Source: Phoronis australis
Taxonomy: Eukaryota > Animalia > Phoronida
Assembly: GCA_002633005.1 (NCBI GenBank)
Contig: NMRA01000021.1
Location: 1,390,077 to 1,454,076 of the forward strand
Direction: 5' to 3'
DNA length: 64,000 nt
The stretch's first letter is position 1; the number at the start of each line of letters is the position of its first letter. A program made the translations under genes and the position numbers. The notes under the pieces are model-generated. The model was not told the DNA's origin, ran no database searches, and saw only the letters and a program-made list of their open reading frames with translations. Of this stretch, positions 35,169 to 48,698 are shown one piece after another.

Positions 35169-36576
35169 CCATATTCGCCGTAAAGCCGCCCATCCCCCTA
35201 TAAGTGCCCCCTCCCACGTGTTTTCAGACTTTGCTGAAATAAGCGCCCAGTCCATGAACATGCGAACAATGACCTACCTACAGTCCTAAAACTCAGCTAC
35301 AGTAACGTCTTCAATTTATCGAAAAATTTTTGCACGGGTCTTCTAGACCACCAGCGGCACTGCTACGTTTGTATTTAGCCGTGACTTTACACTTCAAAGT
35401 AACGCAGCGCTTCAAAAAGATTGCAACAGGGTTGCTACACTCTCGCGACGACCGTGTCCCACTATGGTCTGACCTTTCAGTAGACACATCGACTGTCTCA
35501 TGAATAAAAATAACTCGGTGTTAAACGCACATGGCCAGGAAGGGTGCGCTACATACATGAACCTGTCATCAAAGACATTAGTCGGGAACTATCCATTCAT
35601 GAAACGGGTAGCATAGCATCGGGACGAAATGAATATTGGCACTAATTTCTGACAATTTCTAATACTATAAAACATGTTTGCGTTATTTTTGAGATGGATT
35701 GTTTGATTAACCATAATTGGTGTTTTTAAGCGGAATATCCAATAAAATGACAACTGACAGTGAATGCTTATACACCCTTACACCGAAAAATAACTGTCAG
35801 ATAGTTACGTACGCATCCAGCTACACAGCGACTAATATGGGCCTTTCCGAGACAAATGTCGAACATTTTTAGCTCGAGACCGGCAAGTGCTGAATGAAAC
35901 ACGCTCTGGTTTAGGCCTACTGCTTGTGCAAATTTCTTTAGACACAATGCAAATCTAGCTCAAGTTAGATTGCGTGGCTCTGGCCAAAAGACGGTCTCTG
36001 CTTTGGCAAATGAACTCAGGTGACAGGCACGCGCTCGCTTACTCTCAGACGAACTTCAAAACAAACGTCACGTAACAGTAGCGTGTGTTCGTCCAGACAT
36101 TTTTCTCGCCTTGTTGCCAATCATACATGTAGATGGCACGATGTTGCACAGATTTGTACTTAAACCTGCTGTTAATCCAGACTCCACGGGAACTTAAAAA
36201 ATCTTAGAGACGCTACTTTTAAAAGATTTCAGGTAATTTGCTTGAGTCAAAACCATTTGTATTCAAGCAATGAAGTCGCCATATCAAAGACGGCGATTTC
36301 GAGGCAGTCAGTCGGCGAGTTTTCGCCCTGGGATTTCAGCACAATTTTCTGTAAAATGATCGTAATTTAGCAGCAAAGTTTGATAGCAATGCACCACAGT
36401 TTTGTTGAAAGTCTTTCATAGATTACATATACGCCACAGAGTGTAAATTTGATGAATCTTAGCTTCCGATTTCACCCGTTTCGGAGACCGGGTTGCAACC
36501 GCCTTGGGTTATAATAAGCGCCCCCCCCGAATCGAACTTTTCTAAGCGCCCTGGGCGGTAATTACGGCGAATATGG
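35169..36576. mobile_element. Tc1/pogo-like family B, copy 2 (both ends intact)
   Basis: TA|ccatattcgccgtaa ... ttacggcgaatatgg|TA; internally homologous to 19093-19798 plus 23162-23497. Confidence 0.85.
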
Positions 36577-36732
36577 TAACCACAGTCGACACTGCTGTTT
36601 ATAACTCCTTTTGCCAAGCATTGTCCATGAGGTCATAAGTTGTCTCTTTAGTAACGTAACACAGTCGAGGGCAGGGGAATCCCTGCACATTTTGTAGTGA
36701 TGGCACAGCTTGAACTTTAAATGTTATATATA

Positions 36733-38538
36733 CCGTAAACATTTGGGTTAACGCCCTGGGCGGTTAAATTGACAAACCCAAAAAATGGGGGGTGGGCGGT
36801 TAACCAGACATGGGCGCTTAAACGTGAAACTTCAAAAAATCCACAGTGGGCGGTTAACCGAACATGGGCGCTTATTACGACAGACAAGCGCCCTGGGCGG
36901 TTAATCTTACCTCGTGATCTAAGTACCCACACCACACACGTAGTCGTAGGCCTACCCGGAACGCGTAGCACTTTTCAAAGAGCGTTATCGTCACGTCGCC
37001 ACATGACGGGAAAAATGTCATAACAGCGGATGATTCTAACAAAGGTTATCATGCCCTCAGATTAGTTATTCACTATTAAATTTACAGAATTGCTGAGTAA
37101 TAGCCCCGTGCCGTCCTGCGGTCTTGTTATTTAGCCCTGTAGTGTAGAGTGCAGACGACCAGTGACCACGCAGCCTCTACTTGGATTGCAACTATTTCAT
37201 CTTGCTAAAGTGCGCACGTGTAAGCTTCACGTGTTGTAGAGGTCACAGCAGACATCAGATTTATGGTTACAGTCTCGTACTAGCTGCCAAGTTCATAGTC
37301 AGAGAGCAGTTTTAAAATTGGTTGTAATAAAAGTTTGAAAACCTTAATTCAGATGTTTTTGTGTTTGGGATGTTTGTAGTCAACACTCCATGACTCAATG
37401 ACATTTTCAGCATATGGTTCTGTGGCTTGCTCTTTTATCTCGACTGCCCGGCATTGCTCACTTGCCGCTGTGCCAAACATGCTCGGCAAAGAAGTAGGCT
37501 CAAGACAAGAATCGGGGTTAAGCGGCCGTGTGCCACTCGTCAATCAAGAATAAAATTTCGAGCCACAGCGGCATAAATATGTGATAAAACGCTACAAAAC
37601 AGCGATGTTTCAATTCATAAACGATCACCTTACCAAACTTTGTGGTGGAAAAACATTTATTTTTCATGCAAGATGTCCAGATTATCCTATTTATATCACT
37701 AACCATATCGCACTGCGGCACTGTTCGGTCCCGTTGTTAGCGCGCAATGTCTCAGTCGGCTGACAATCGTGACTTGGAAATGCCGTCAAGTAATATAACG
37801 ACCTCTTTCGATATGCATCTCGTTTTTTATGGCCAAAGATAGCAGCGGGATTCAGCACGCGCGTAGGGCCTACGTGCGAGTCACCTGTCAATCACATGTT
37901 GGTGTCAAGGTAACATGCACTCCAAAGTGTGGGAACTTGCGCGCGCACCACTACAAAGTCACACATCAAAAGAGAATAGCGACAATCCTAAGTAACAGAA
38001 ACGGGCGTGACTGTTTACTTTTAACCAGTGTCTGGCCTGATTTTTTCGAATATATGTTTTATCAAGTGCACTGTAGACGAAAACTCAGCGCCGCAGACAA
38101 AGTAGCTGAAAGCGGAGGTTTTGACGCCAGCGGCGTTCTTAAACTTTGCAAACATGGGAAGAAAATAAAGTGACAAAAACGTTCAAGTATTACATTTTGA
38201 AGTGAGTCCATGACTCAAGACAATAACTCGTTACTTGTATAATTGCAATTCACATTGCTAAACCACCGTCTCGGAGGCCCGGTGTCTTTGCGCTCATTGT
38301 GATCATCGATCTTTTTCTAAAAGTCGGGGAATCGCGCGTTTCCTTAGCACTGGGCGCTAAATTTTCATTCTTTAAAAGTCGGGGATGTGCGCTTAACCGA
38401 GAGGTGGGCGCTTAACTGGAAATCTTCAAAAATCACAGGGGGGCGCTTAACCGAGCAGTAGGCGGTTAAATCGAAAATCCACCTAAAGTAGGGGGTGGGC
38501 GGTTAACTGAGCATGGGCCTTAACCCGAACGTTTACGG
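36733..38538. mobile_element. Tc1/pogo-like element with subterminal gggcg(c/g)ttaac repeats and a possible THAP-like remnant (minus)
   Basis: TA|ccgtaaacatttgggttaa ... ttaacccgaacgtttacgg|TA; MPQC... start and LEPTSLPSMF end motifs at about 37720-37470. Confidence 0.8.
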
Positions 38539-39698
38539 TAGATTGTCAAATACTTTATGACCATGTTGCCCTGTGTGATTGTCAAAAATTACACATTTTG
38601 GGGATGACCCAGGAATTCCCTGTTCATGTTTAGCAGCTAATTAGGTGAGCTCTAGAAGTGATGGTCTCCAGGATTACAATATAGTAAAACTTCTCCCTTG
38701 TGGACAGTCTGTAAAATTTCGGACAGCAAAATTCAAGCCAGAATTGAATTTTCTTGATTCTGAAGATTGGGACCTGAGTGATTTTGGCTGTCATCTTATT
38801 TCTCAAATAGCAGACCCAGCAGAAGTTCATAAAATAGCTGCAGAAGCAATATTCTTGTGGGTAGCCATAATTGAGTGACTGTTAGTCGTTGGTTTTAATT
38901 TTTGAATTTGGGTTGGTCGGTATTGCCAATTATGAAATTTGGTAAAACTCCAACCTGAAGCAAATTTTACAAACCATGACCATAGACTTGAAGTTTCTTA
39001 ATATATTGTGGAGAAATTTGACAAAATAGAATTTTACTTGTTGGTCATATTGTGAGCTAATTAAGTGAAGATTTTGCGTTACTGTAAATTGTCATCAATT
39101 GAAGGCCCAAAGTTATGGAGAAATTATATTTTCCCATTTCTTCATAAACGATTAATGACATCAAAGTACTGCTTTACTATTTTGAAGTTCTCTAAAGCGG
39201 GCATTTGTAACAACGTCAAAAGCTTGAAAATTAAAAAGGGAATTCCAACAACTGTTTTTGTCTGAAATTGGTGAGATCATTGCTGTAAACTAATGTGGCT
39301 AAATGTAGTCAGTTCCAACTGGCAGGCTTAAACCAATCAGACATTTGCATTTTTACTACAAGAAGTATTGCCGAAATCAGTTTCAGTTTTTGACATTGTA
39401 GATTTTTTCCTAGGTTATTGTCTTCCTACCATTCCAAACAAAATGTTAGTTTCATTGGTGTACACCAAGGTGTGACTTCAAATTCTTTATTTGGGGCTTA
39501 TTGCAACAGTGTCAAACTTGTAGAAATGCATGCATTTACATTACAAAGCACTGGGGACCTCATCCATCAAGTTCCGTAGATGCAAAAATAAATGGTGATA
39601 CGTCACAAACTCTTGCATGATCTTGTGTTTTCATAAGGTTCTCACGTCTGCAGAATACACCTGATGCTCTTGGTCCATTCATATTTGATAACCGTAAG

Positions 39699-41668
39699 CA
39701 GGGATATACCCACGTTTCAAAACCGGGGCTTCACTCACCAGCTGGGCGAGTGAGCCAGAAAATCTACTCGCCCAGCCCAAAGTTCTGTCGCCCGGCCATT
39801 TCGCTTCGGTCAGCACAAACTCACTGCCAGCGTCTATAAAAAAGATTATTTCATGCATTGATATCACCATCTATTAGATCTCGTATCATTTTTAGAAAAT
39901 GCAGAACTTCCACCAAGAAACTGTCAATGTCGAGGAATTCCCAGCAACGCAAGACATAGCCTTGGTGCAAAGCTTTATACTAATAAACAGCTATGCGTCG
40001 ATGTGGGTAAAAGATTGACCAAATGAAATCTGACATAAAATTAGTGTAATTAAAAACTACACTCTTCCTTGAGTACACAAAATTATTTATCGTTGTTGGA
40101 ATAATTGGCGTTCTACCATTATTCTGCTGCTAAAATTGCGGCACTTAATTTTTGCGTCGGCTCTCTGCGGCACCATGGGATATTGCGCCACCCATTGGCC
40201 GATTCTTCAATCAACCGCCGTTCTTTCACGAGTTTGCATACACCTCACTACAAATTGTCGCAATTGGTTTCACTTCATCATAAGTTTTTAATAATTTAAT
40301 AACAGCAAGTCAAATTTCAGAACAAATTTGCTGTCATCTTCTCCTGAGAGATGTCGTAAAACTTAAGGAAATGGCTCGTGCGCGTGTCACAAACGTACTG
40401 TTTTCAAAACGACAACATACTTTTCTTTGTTACAAAAGGCGGAGAACGACCCAAGGAAATGATGTTTATTATATTATTCTTCACTTAAACGACTGCAACG
40501 GGCAAGCTAAGTGGCGGTTGACTCCTAGATTTTGCATGCACCCCCAGCTGGTCTTTAGCTGTAGATGTTGACACTTAAGTTTCACAGCGAGGTGACGAGC
40601 AGAACGACCCCGTGCTGTATGCAATTTCTAGGACTGTCGGAGCTCAACACAGTGGTACGTAACTCTACTTTGACAATAGTCTTCCTACAGCTAGCTGGCT
40701 CAGGCTACGCAATATGATACGTCATTCAATACAGTAATTACGTTTTAATCAAAATTGCACGGCGTCTTCTTTGTCTTGAAACCAGGTCCACCCTTTCTGC
40801 CTATCAGATTCAAAATCTTGCCTTGTATTGTTCTCTTCATAATCTGCTGCAGTTTGCTTAGAAGGAGGACTGACTCCCTCTAAAAACGCCACATTGTTAT
40901 GCTTGACAAATGGAAATGAGAACACCCAAGACAATAGCATATGCACCAGTCGTGCACAAGTCAACGTGTATCACGATTCTGCCTTGTGCGTGGACTAGAA
41001 CACAAACGCTGTGCTGTACTGCTAAGTCATTTGGCTGGACCACAATATGGAAAAAGCCTAAAGTTTGTACACATGGAAGTCTCTTAGCCACACCAAATAG
41101 ACTGTATGTGGATCTAGCTATAGATTGTGATGTTTTATTTTGCTAATAATGATAATAAGGACAACCATTTTAATTTATATGTGTTTTCAATGTTGTTATT
41201 TATAAAATAATCTTGGCTAAAATTACACTGTACAATAAGAAGTCAGTTCCATGAAATGTGGTATTTCACTTGCTGTGAGCACATGGACCGGTCTTCCGCC
41301 TTTCCTCCCTTTTTCTTGGTTTCACACTAGTCCACATTTGTACAGGACCCACCACATGTCGCACTTATTGTGACCTTTTATCTAGACGAACCACATAACG
41401 GTTAACATCTACTAACTCGGTAGGAGCGCCCTGTGCTGATGTTTTTTACTGCCAAAGTATCGACATGCGGACCAAAGTCAACCTTTAATTCATGATAGAA
41501 ACAGCACAAGGAGGAGAAAATTTATTCATTTTCATCTGGAAAACGATAGAGTGCTCTTACGCTCTGAAAATTTGCTTGCCACGTGGATGACCGGCAAGTG
41601 AACTTGTACTCGCCCAGCACCGTTTTTGCTCACATTGATGACTGGGCAAGTGGCTTAGTATAACCTTG
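39699..41668. mobile_element. hAT-like family A, copy 2 (6-bp TSD), with a possible transposase N-terminal remnant
   Basis: cagggatatac ... gtataaccttg; cgtaag on both flanks; ctcgcccagc subterminal motifs; minus-strand FLEGVSPPSKQTAADYEENNTRQDFESDRQKGWTWFQDKEDAV resembles a TTF-type zinc-finger lead-in. Confidence 0.8.
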
Positions 41669-42484
41669 CGTAAGGGACATTTCTTCATAAGCCATCTATG
41701 GGACACTGAGTCGACCATTAATGATGCCGATTTTTCATTGCTCTTTCTGAAATGTGTTTTGTAAGTCAGGTTGTACACCACTAGGTGTGGTGTTTCAGGT
41801 GTTTAAATTCACTGTTGGAATAGAAAACACCTGCGTAAATGATACCTATCAATCACTCATGATGTCAAGTTCAAATAGAATTTCAAGCATTGGGATTATT
41901 TTCTATTTTAATACAAAATTTCCAATTCCAAAGGACTTTCAGTTCGCTCTAGTTCCCTTCAAAACTGTGGTATGGAGGCAATATGCACTATTTCTGTAAT
42001 CTACTTACGTGTAACCTCTTACATTGGTAGGTCATATTTCAGTGGTCATTTCATCTAGGAACAGCCAAACACACAAAGACAGATGTAGAAATGACTGGAT
42101 ACACAAATGTAGATGGGCTAGTAGTCGGTAGGCCAGAATTTGTAGGGCCTCTAGAAAATGATTTTTGTGAGTACTTTAGGGGGGCAATTTTATTTTGGTG
42201 TTTTTTAATTCATTTATTAGAGTGTTTTCAAAATCTAAAAAGTTCCCACATATAAAGTTACACATTTTTGAGAAATTTGAGTTTGAAGTTACCTAATAAT
42301 CACCAAAGAGCTTAGTAAACTTATATCTGTAAACACAACAGTTTTGGTGACTTTTTTGTAAAACAAGTAACATGGTCCCATCAGTGCCATTGTATTGAAC
42401 AATATTACACTCACATTACATGTTTTACTATTGTAGATTAATTGTAAACAGTGAAATTTGAAAAATGTAAAGAGACACCTAGTG

Positions 42485-42978
42485 CAGGGCTTGGAATTTT
42501 CCGCGGAAACGCGGATTTCCGCTTTTTTCAAATGTTCTGTCCGCGCATGTTATTATATTTCCGCGTAAAAAAATCGGATGTGATGTAAAATTTCCGCAGC
42601 AAATTCCTTTCTTACCGCGGTGTTGCAGACGACGTTCACCTCGAAAAGCGGAAGTTGCTCTTTATGTTTCGGAGGAACGTAAATTGTCAACATTGCCGGG
42701 GTATCTGGGATAGCGTGGTGGGATTTTCAATGGCGTCTCGTGTTATTGTAAACTGCGGCGACAAATACTACAGCTCTGCAGCCAAAAATGTGTGGGTTGG
42801 GAGTGGACGGACGAGCTAAAAGGACGCAGACGCATGCTGGTGATAAAGGTTTTTTTTAGTCCTCCGGATTTTTTTTGTCAGGGAAAGGTTCTCATCGACC
42901 ATTTCAAGGCTGGGTAGCGCGCATGATTTGGGCCATAAAAGTTTCCGCGTTTTTTGTCATTGGTCATTCCAAGGCCTG
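42485..42978. mobile_element. hAT-like MITE with a 6-bp TSD, nested in the Academ-like element
   Basis: TIRs cagggcttggaat / attccaaggcctg; ctagtg on both flanks; ttccgc repeats. Confidence 0.85.
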
Positions 42979-44058
42979 CTAGTGGCAAAAATGCAAACTA
43001 AGTCTGAATGTTACTAGGAAGTTATTCTGGCATTGTCTGGCAACAAAAATAACTCAAAACACTTGAGACTGGGCAAAATTTGTGCCTCAATGACTAAAAC
43101 ATTGACTAATGTTGTAAAATACAACTTGTTTGCATAATACACCAGAAATACGTTATAATACAAAAACAATATAGTTAAATGATCTCTGTGAATGTGCACA
43201 CAGACTGTATGAAAATAGTAGATTATTCTGACAGCGTTTATCAAGCAGTATGAGACAAATACATGACAATGATCAAAGTATGTACTTTCTATGACTTAAT
43301 CAACAAATAAAATTAACTTTTTAATACAAAAAAACGAAATAACGGGGTTGGAGGTCTATTTAGGGTTGACTTGTCAAAGAACTATCCAATGTTATGCAGT
43401 CAGTGTTGCTGATGTTACTACAGTTGTCACAGCTGCACATTTCTGTACAGTTTGACCCAGCATTTCAGCACAAACTCAGTTTCCCAGCACACATGTTCTT
43501 TTTGCACTTGCAGCGTTCATCGTTTAGTACTGTCAATGGAGATGCGGGCATTGCCATACATTTTAACTGCAAAGCTCCAATTAGAGAGGGTACAGCACTG
43601 CACACTGGTGATTGGCCAGCAGGCAATAAAGGGTCAAACATTAAGTCCTTGCTTGGAGGCGGGCAGGATTTGGGCAAAAGTTTGATTCAAAATATGTTAT
43701 AATGGACTGTGTTAATTAGAGTCAGCAAGTGAATTATTGAACACCAGCCTCAATTCCCTGTCATATCTCTTAGTCGAGAACAAACTACAACAGTGAGTAG
43801 CTTCAACAGTCGTTTCTTAAGATTGCCTGTCCAAATAACTTCATGCACACCAGCTTTCTGAAGAACAGCTTTAAAGTCTTGCTTTAGTTTTGAAAGGCAA
43901 ATGACATATCCATGTGTTAGAAGCTTTGATTCAATGAACTCCGAACAAAACTGTAGAAAAACATCTCTGAAAACTGTGGATTCATCACTCTTCACAATCG
44001 TTGTCTTTCTATTTTTCATAGCCTGATGATTTGTGGTACTTGGCTTCTAAGACACAAG

Positions 44059-44306
44059 GGGCCCGTTCCAAGAAACTGACTTAAGTTCATTATTGACTTA
44101 AGTCTAAGATTTGTCTTAACTTCCAAACTTTGAAACTTCCATATCTGGTAAATTCATCAAAATTAAGCCAAAACGTACATCAAACATTTAAATCAAGCTT
44201 AACATCTCTTTCTTGAAATAATTTTGAGACAAATTGAACTTTTATTTTAAAAGTTAGTAAGATTTAGGAATTGTGTTAGCTAAGTCAGTTTTGTTGGAAC
44301 GGGCCC
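44059..44306. mobile_element. Harbinger/PIF-like MITE, nested in the Academ-like element
   Basis: TIRs gggcccgttccaagaaactgactta / ctaagtcagttttgttggaacgggccc; 3-bp TSD aag. Confidence 0.8.
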
Positions 44307-47300
44307 AAGGTCTTTGTCTTTGAATTTCATTTGCATATTCAGAGCTCTGGACTGAGCTGTTGCTTGCGATACAAGTCCAACTGAAAAAAAACCCGAACTG
44401 TTAATACTAATTTAACATTCAACTATGAGTGAGTTGGCATGCAACTTTTTCAGATGGACTTATCAGGAACTGATCCACCACCAGCCTAACAAATTTACAT
44501 GCCATCTGATCTGTCGCCTAAAAATGTTGATCGTCTAATAATTAGATTAGTTGATGCAACTGAAAATACATCAGCTGATATGGCAGTGCACTGATTGAAA
44601 TTAAATTTTTTAAATCAGATGCTCAAACCATAGTCAATCAATTTACACTTAAGGTAATCGACATTTGACGAAATGGACAGTGGCTTCCATCGTCCTCAAA
44701 TTACGACGGTGACGATGGCCTTTTAGGCACTTTAATTTAATTATCAGTGCAGCTACCTAAGTAATTAATGTTTACAAAAACTTGAGAATATGTTCCCCCT
44801 ATCCCAGGTCTACGGCAGGGGATGACGGCCACTTGGGCATGTTGTTTGCAACCATCTACTCCATTTAACTTTCTCAAAAAAATTTGACTTAAAGTGCTTG
44901 AAAATCACACCCACTGTATAACGCCATATGATTATCCCTTAGCGCAAGCAGTGTCGATGTGGCAACTGAACAATTGAGTGTTCAAAAAACAGGATTGCAG
45001 GAGTATTTGTTTAAACTGGGAACATTAACGACCTCCTCAGAGGCATATCTCTACGCGGAACTTGTAAACTTATAGGAACATAATTTGCCGAAAAGCATCC
45101 GGCATATGGAGTACCTATGGTATGATCACCGTCTGTACTGGGTGAGCGGTATTGTCTAAGGCCTAGGCAGCCAAGGGGCTGAACAAGTTAGTAAAAAAAC
45201 AACTGGTGGTAATACTGAAACACACATGGAAAACACCAAGATGTACCTTTCAAAAACACGTACCTGTTTTTGAAAGCTATACTTCTTTCTCTTTCTTGAA
45301 ATATGGTCCATAATATACTTTTCCTGCTAACAAATGATGCACTCATGTTTCAGAATGTTCCTATCTTGTTCATGTTTCAGATTTTGTTAGTATAATTGAT
45401 TTTCTTGGGAAATCTTGGATAACATCTGTATCACTTTCAGCAACTTCAGCTTTAGTACTACTGCTGGTGTCTTGAAACGTTGCTATGCCGTTCTATGTCC
45501 TTTCAATTTTTTGGTCTGACACTTGGTCTTCTAGCTAGTTTACAGCACTCAGCAGTATAGTATACTGTATACTGTGTAGGCTATACCAGGACATGCTGCT
45601 GTTTTCTGCACAAACATTTGTGACACCTCTTCTTCTTTTTGATCTACTGATCTACAGAGTTCCACAGTCCATTTGCTTTCGTTAGGAAGCGTTCCTAAGC
45701 TTCTTTAGGCTCTGGCATCACAATTTTGTGCTGTTAGATAATCCTTGAATTATACAGGCATCACACTCCATGGGAGCAGCCATATTGAAGTAACTAAGCA
45801 CAACAATACAATCTGGCTCTCTGATTGATCAATTCAATAGAAAAGCGCCACCAAGTGGCAGGAATGCACATCATATTTTGTGCAACAAAAACACCCTTTT
45901 TAAAAAAATGTGCAAGTGTAGACGTGGGAACTTTTTGGAATTTGATTTATAGGTATATTATCTAGCCACATAGAAAAAACTAGGTTGCCCCCNACGCTAT
46001 GAGATCTGGCCCACCGACTATAAATGTTGTTGCCAATACTGAGATTCAATAGATTTTAGACATAATAGGTGTTGGTTTTGCTATCCCTTTGGTGGTCACC
46101 TTAGTGGCCCACATTTTGAAAGCATGACTTTTTGCTTGAGGAGGTAGACAAATGTATTGCATGATCGACCTAGTTTATGAAGTATAAGGCCCCAGACACA
46201 CCTCTGAACAGAATCAGACTGGTGAAGTGTAATTTATTACGCCTCTTTCAACTTTTCAAATTTTTATGTCTGTAATACAACTCACTGTGAAACAGTAAAA
46301 ATTTATTCGCTATAGAATATCAAACAGCAAAATAACGATTATCAAAGCAGCAGTGTGCAACGTTTGTGCATGTGCAAGAACTGATTTTTGAGGACATGTT
46401 TCAAAAGGTTAAGTCGTACATTTGTTCTTGTGCTCTACTCTTTCTACCTTTTCTGAAAATTTAATTTCACTTGGAACGTTCACTAAGTCTGTAAGAAGAC
46501 GGCCATAATTGCTCATTGAGCAAATAATTTGTGTGCGGGGCGTTACTGCTGTGATGTGCTCACAATTATGGTAAGATCTCAACAATTAGGCTAACAAATA
46601 ATTACATTCTGGGCAATTCCATTTGTGACGGACGTACAATCAGAGAACATTTTGACCAATTGTGAAAAGAGTTTTCATCCCAGGAAAATAATTAATACAT
46701 CAATTCTTAGGTCTCAGTGCTAGCTTCCAAGTATGTATAAGCTTCTTGTTATCTGACTAAGGAAATTTCCTTTAAAAGGATATGATGGAGAATTTGAATT
46801 AAAAAAAAATTAATTTTCTGTAAGTTGCATTAAGTCAGAATGTTTTGTTTTTTATGATGATTTAGTGGAATGCTTGTAAAGTATACAACATACTAATTTG
46901 TTTGATGATATCTTCTAAGGAATTTTTGTTAGACAATCTTATGTGAGGTTAGTTATTGTGACAGACAGACATGACGGACGTACGCTCTGAATTCCTAGTA
47001 TTAAATTATTTGTTGTGACTAAGATATCAGTTCAAAATAATTCAAACTTCAGTATCTAGGCTATATTGGTCTTTTGCTGCTGATTCTATGTTTTTTTAAA
47101 TCAAAATACACCAACTGACCTTTTGCACCAAATCATCATCCCCAGCAAATGCTGGGAATGTACTCTAGGATTTTAACTTTTTTTTAAAGCTATAAAACAA
47201 CCTCCTAAAATCCACTTTGATATTTGAAGATCTGGCTGGGAATGAGATAGATAATTATTTTGTGTTTGACACTTGTTGGTAATCAGGAAAACTGTTTTTA

Positions 47301-48199
47301 TGTGATTAGTAGCTCTAATAAAATTCAAAACTTAAGTAAGTAAGTATGACTATCCTCAATATAAAATGTGAACTTAAGTTTGAATCATTATTAATCATCA
47401 TTGTAATAAATATGCATTTTAATTATTTTTATAGTAGGACTTGCTCTAAGCCTGTACAGATTTGTCTTGGCCATGTCACTGATAGTTTTGATGCGTGCCC
47501 ATGTTAATAATCAAGGTGCTGTTTTAAAAATATTAGTATGAGAACTTCAGTATCTTCTTATAACAAACTATGAAGCAAACAATTGGTTCAACATGGTTTA
47601 GTTGACACTTGACAGCATCGTCTTGTGGCATTCCAATTTTGATAAAAAACCGGTGCTGTCTTGCAGTGTTAAGGCAGAAATTAAATTTAGGATTATCGTT
47701 TAGGAATAATCTTTAATATGAATATCTTGCTTCAGTTGTTTTCCAAAAACTAGGGATTTCTTTACAAACGGGGCACTAACACAACAGTAATAAGTTCATT
47801 AAATTAACATTTTGTTTTATTTTCATTCTATGATGTGGTGCCACTGACTAATTTTTTCAATTTGAATTCTCTTAAGAATAAGTAGATGACACCATAAAGA
47901 ATTAACTTCTCAGCAAATACTTTTGAAATTGAAAAAGTCCAATGCATATAGTGTAAATCCGGAACAACTTCTGTATTTGATTTGATTTGATGGCCGTCTC
48001 TGTAAGAAATATTTAAATATTTTAGGTTCTTAGGTGATAGACTAATCCTTCTTCTGCATGTTTGGAAAGTAAATAAAAAAGACCTACGGTTATTTCTATT
48101 GGCTGAAAAATTGTAATTTCATGTGTGGCGAACATACGTGATCGACGTACAAATTTTCCGTACATCGGTTACGCGATTTCTAACTTAACAAATAATCAC

Positions 48200-48690
48200 A
48201 GGGGTCTAAAATTTGGGTCAATATCATTGAGAAACAAGTTAAAAAAGAATCTGAAATTATTTTCAATTTGATTTTTTTGAAAACTTTTGACATGACGAAA
48301 CTTTATGGCACTTTGTGACGCACGTACGGCACCATAATATCCAGGAGTTGACCTTTGACCCAAGGAGGTCGACGATGCAATACAGGTCAAATGATATTTT
48401 TTAGAAAGTTTTGGCTTCATGTGATTACACAAATTTGATAATGTAGCAAAATACCCATAATTAACGTATTTATGAATATAATTAGCAAGGCACATAAAAA
48501 CAGAGTAATTTTATAGGTTCAAGTGACCTCCGAAAATGTGTCCGTTTTGTAAAAAATCGAAAGCTATAGGAAATTCATATATGAGCTCTGAAACTAGAGA
48601 GACTGGGCTTTCAGGTGACACCTAAAATGTTAATCTCTAAGACACAATTTCAATTTTTTGTTGCAAGGTTGACCTTTTCACAAAATTGCC
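48200..48690. repeat. TGACCTTTGACC-containing dispersed repeat (Helentron/HINE-like, uncertain)
   Basis: gttgacctttgaccc, aggtcaaa and gttgaccttt motifs, similar in style to 9200-9945. Confidence 0.35.
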
Positions 48691-48698
48691 CTACTATA

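Larger units (their letters stand above)
42122..46020 (-). mobile_element. Academ-like DNA transposon, internally deleted
   Basis: TAG...CTA TIRs (tagtcggtaggccaga / tctggcccaccgacta); minus-strand remnants ECIIC*QEKYIMDHISRKRKK (about 45340), FLQFCSEFIESKLL...LKKRL (43750-44019) and a Cys-rich end RCKCKKNMCAGKLSLC*NAGSNCTEMCSCDNCSN (about 43410-43515). Confidence 0.7.
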
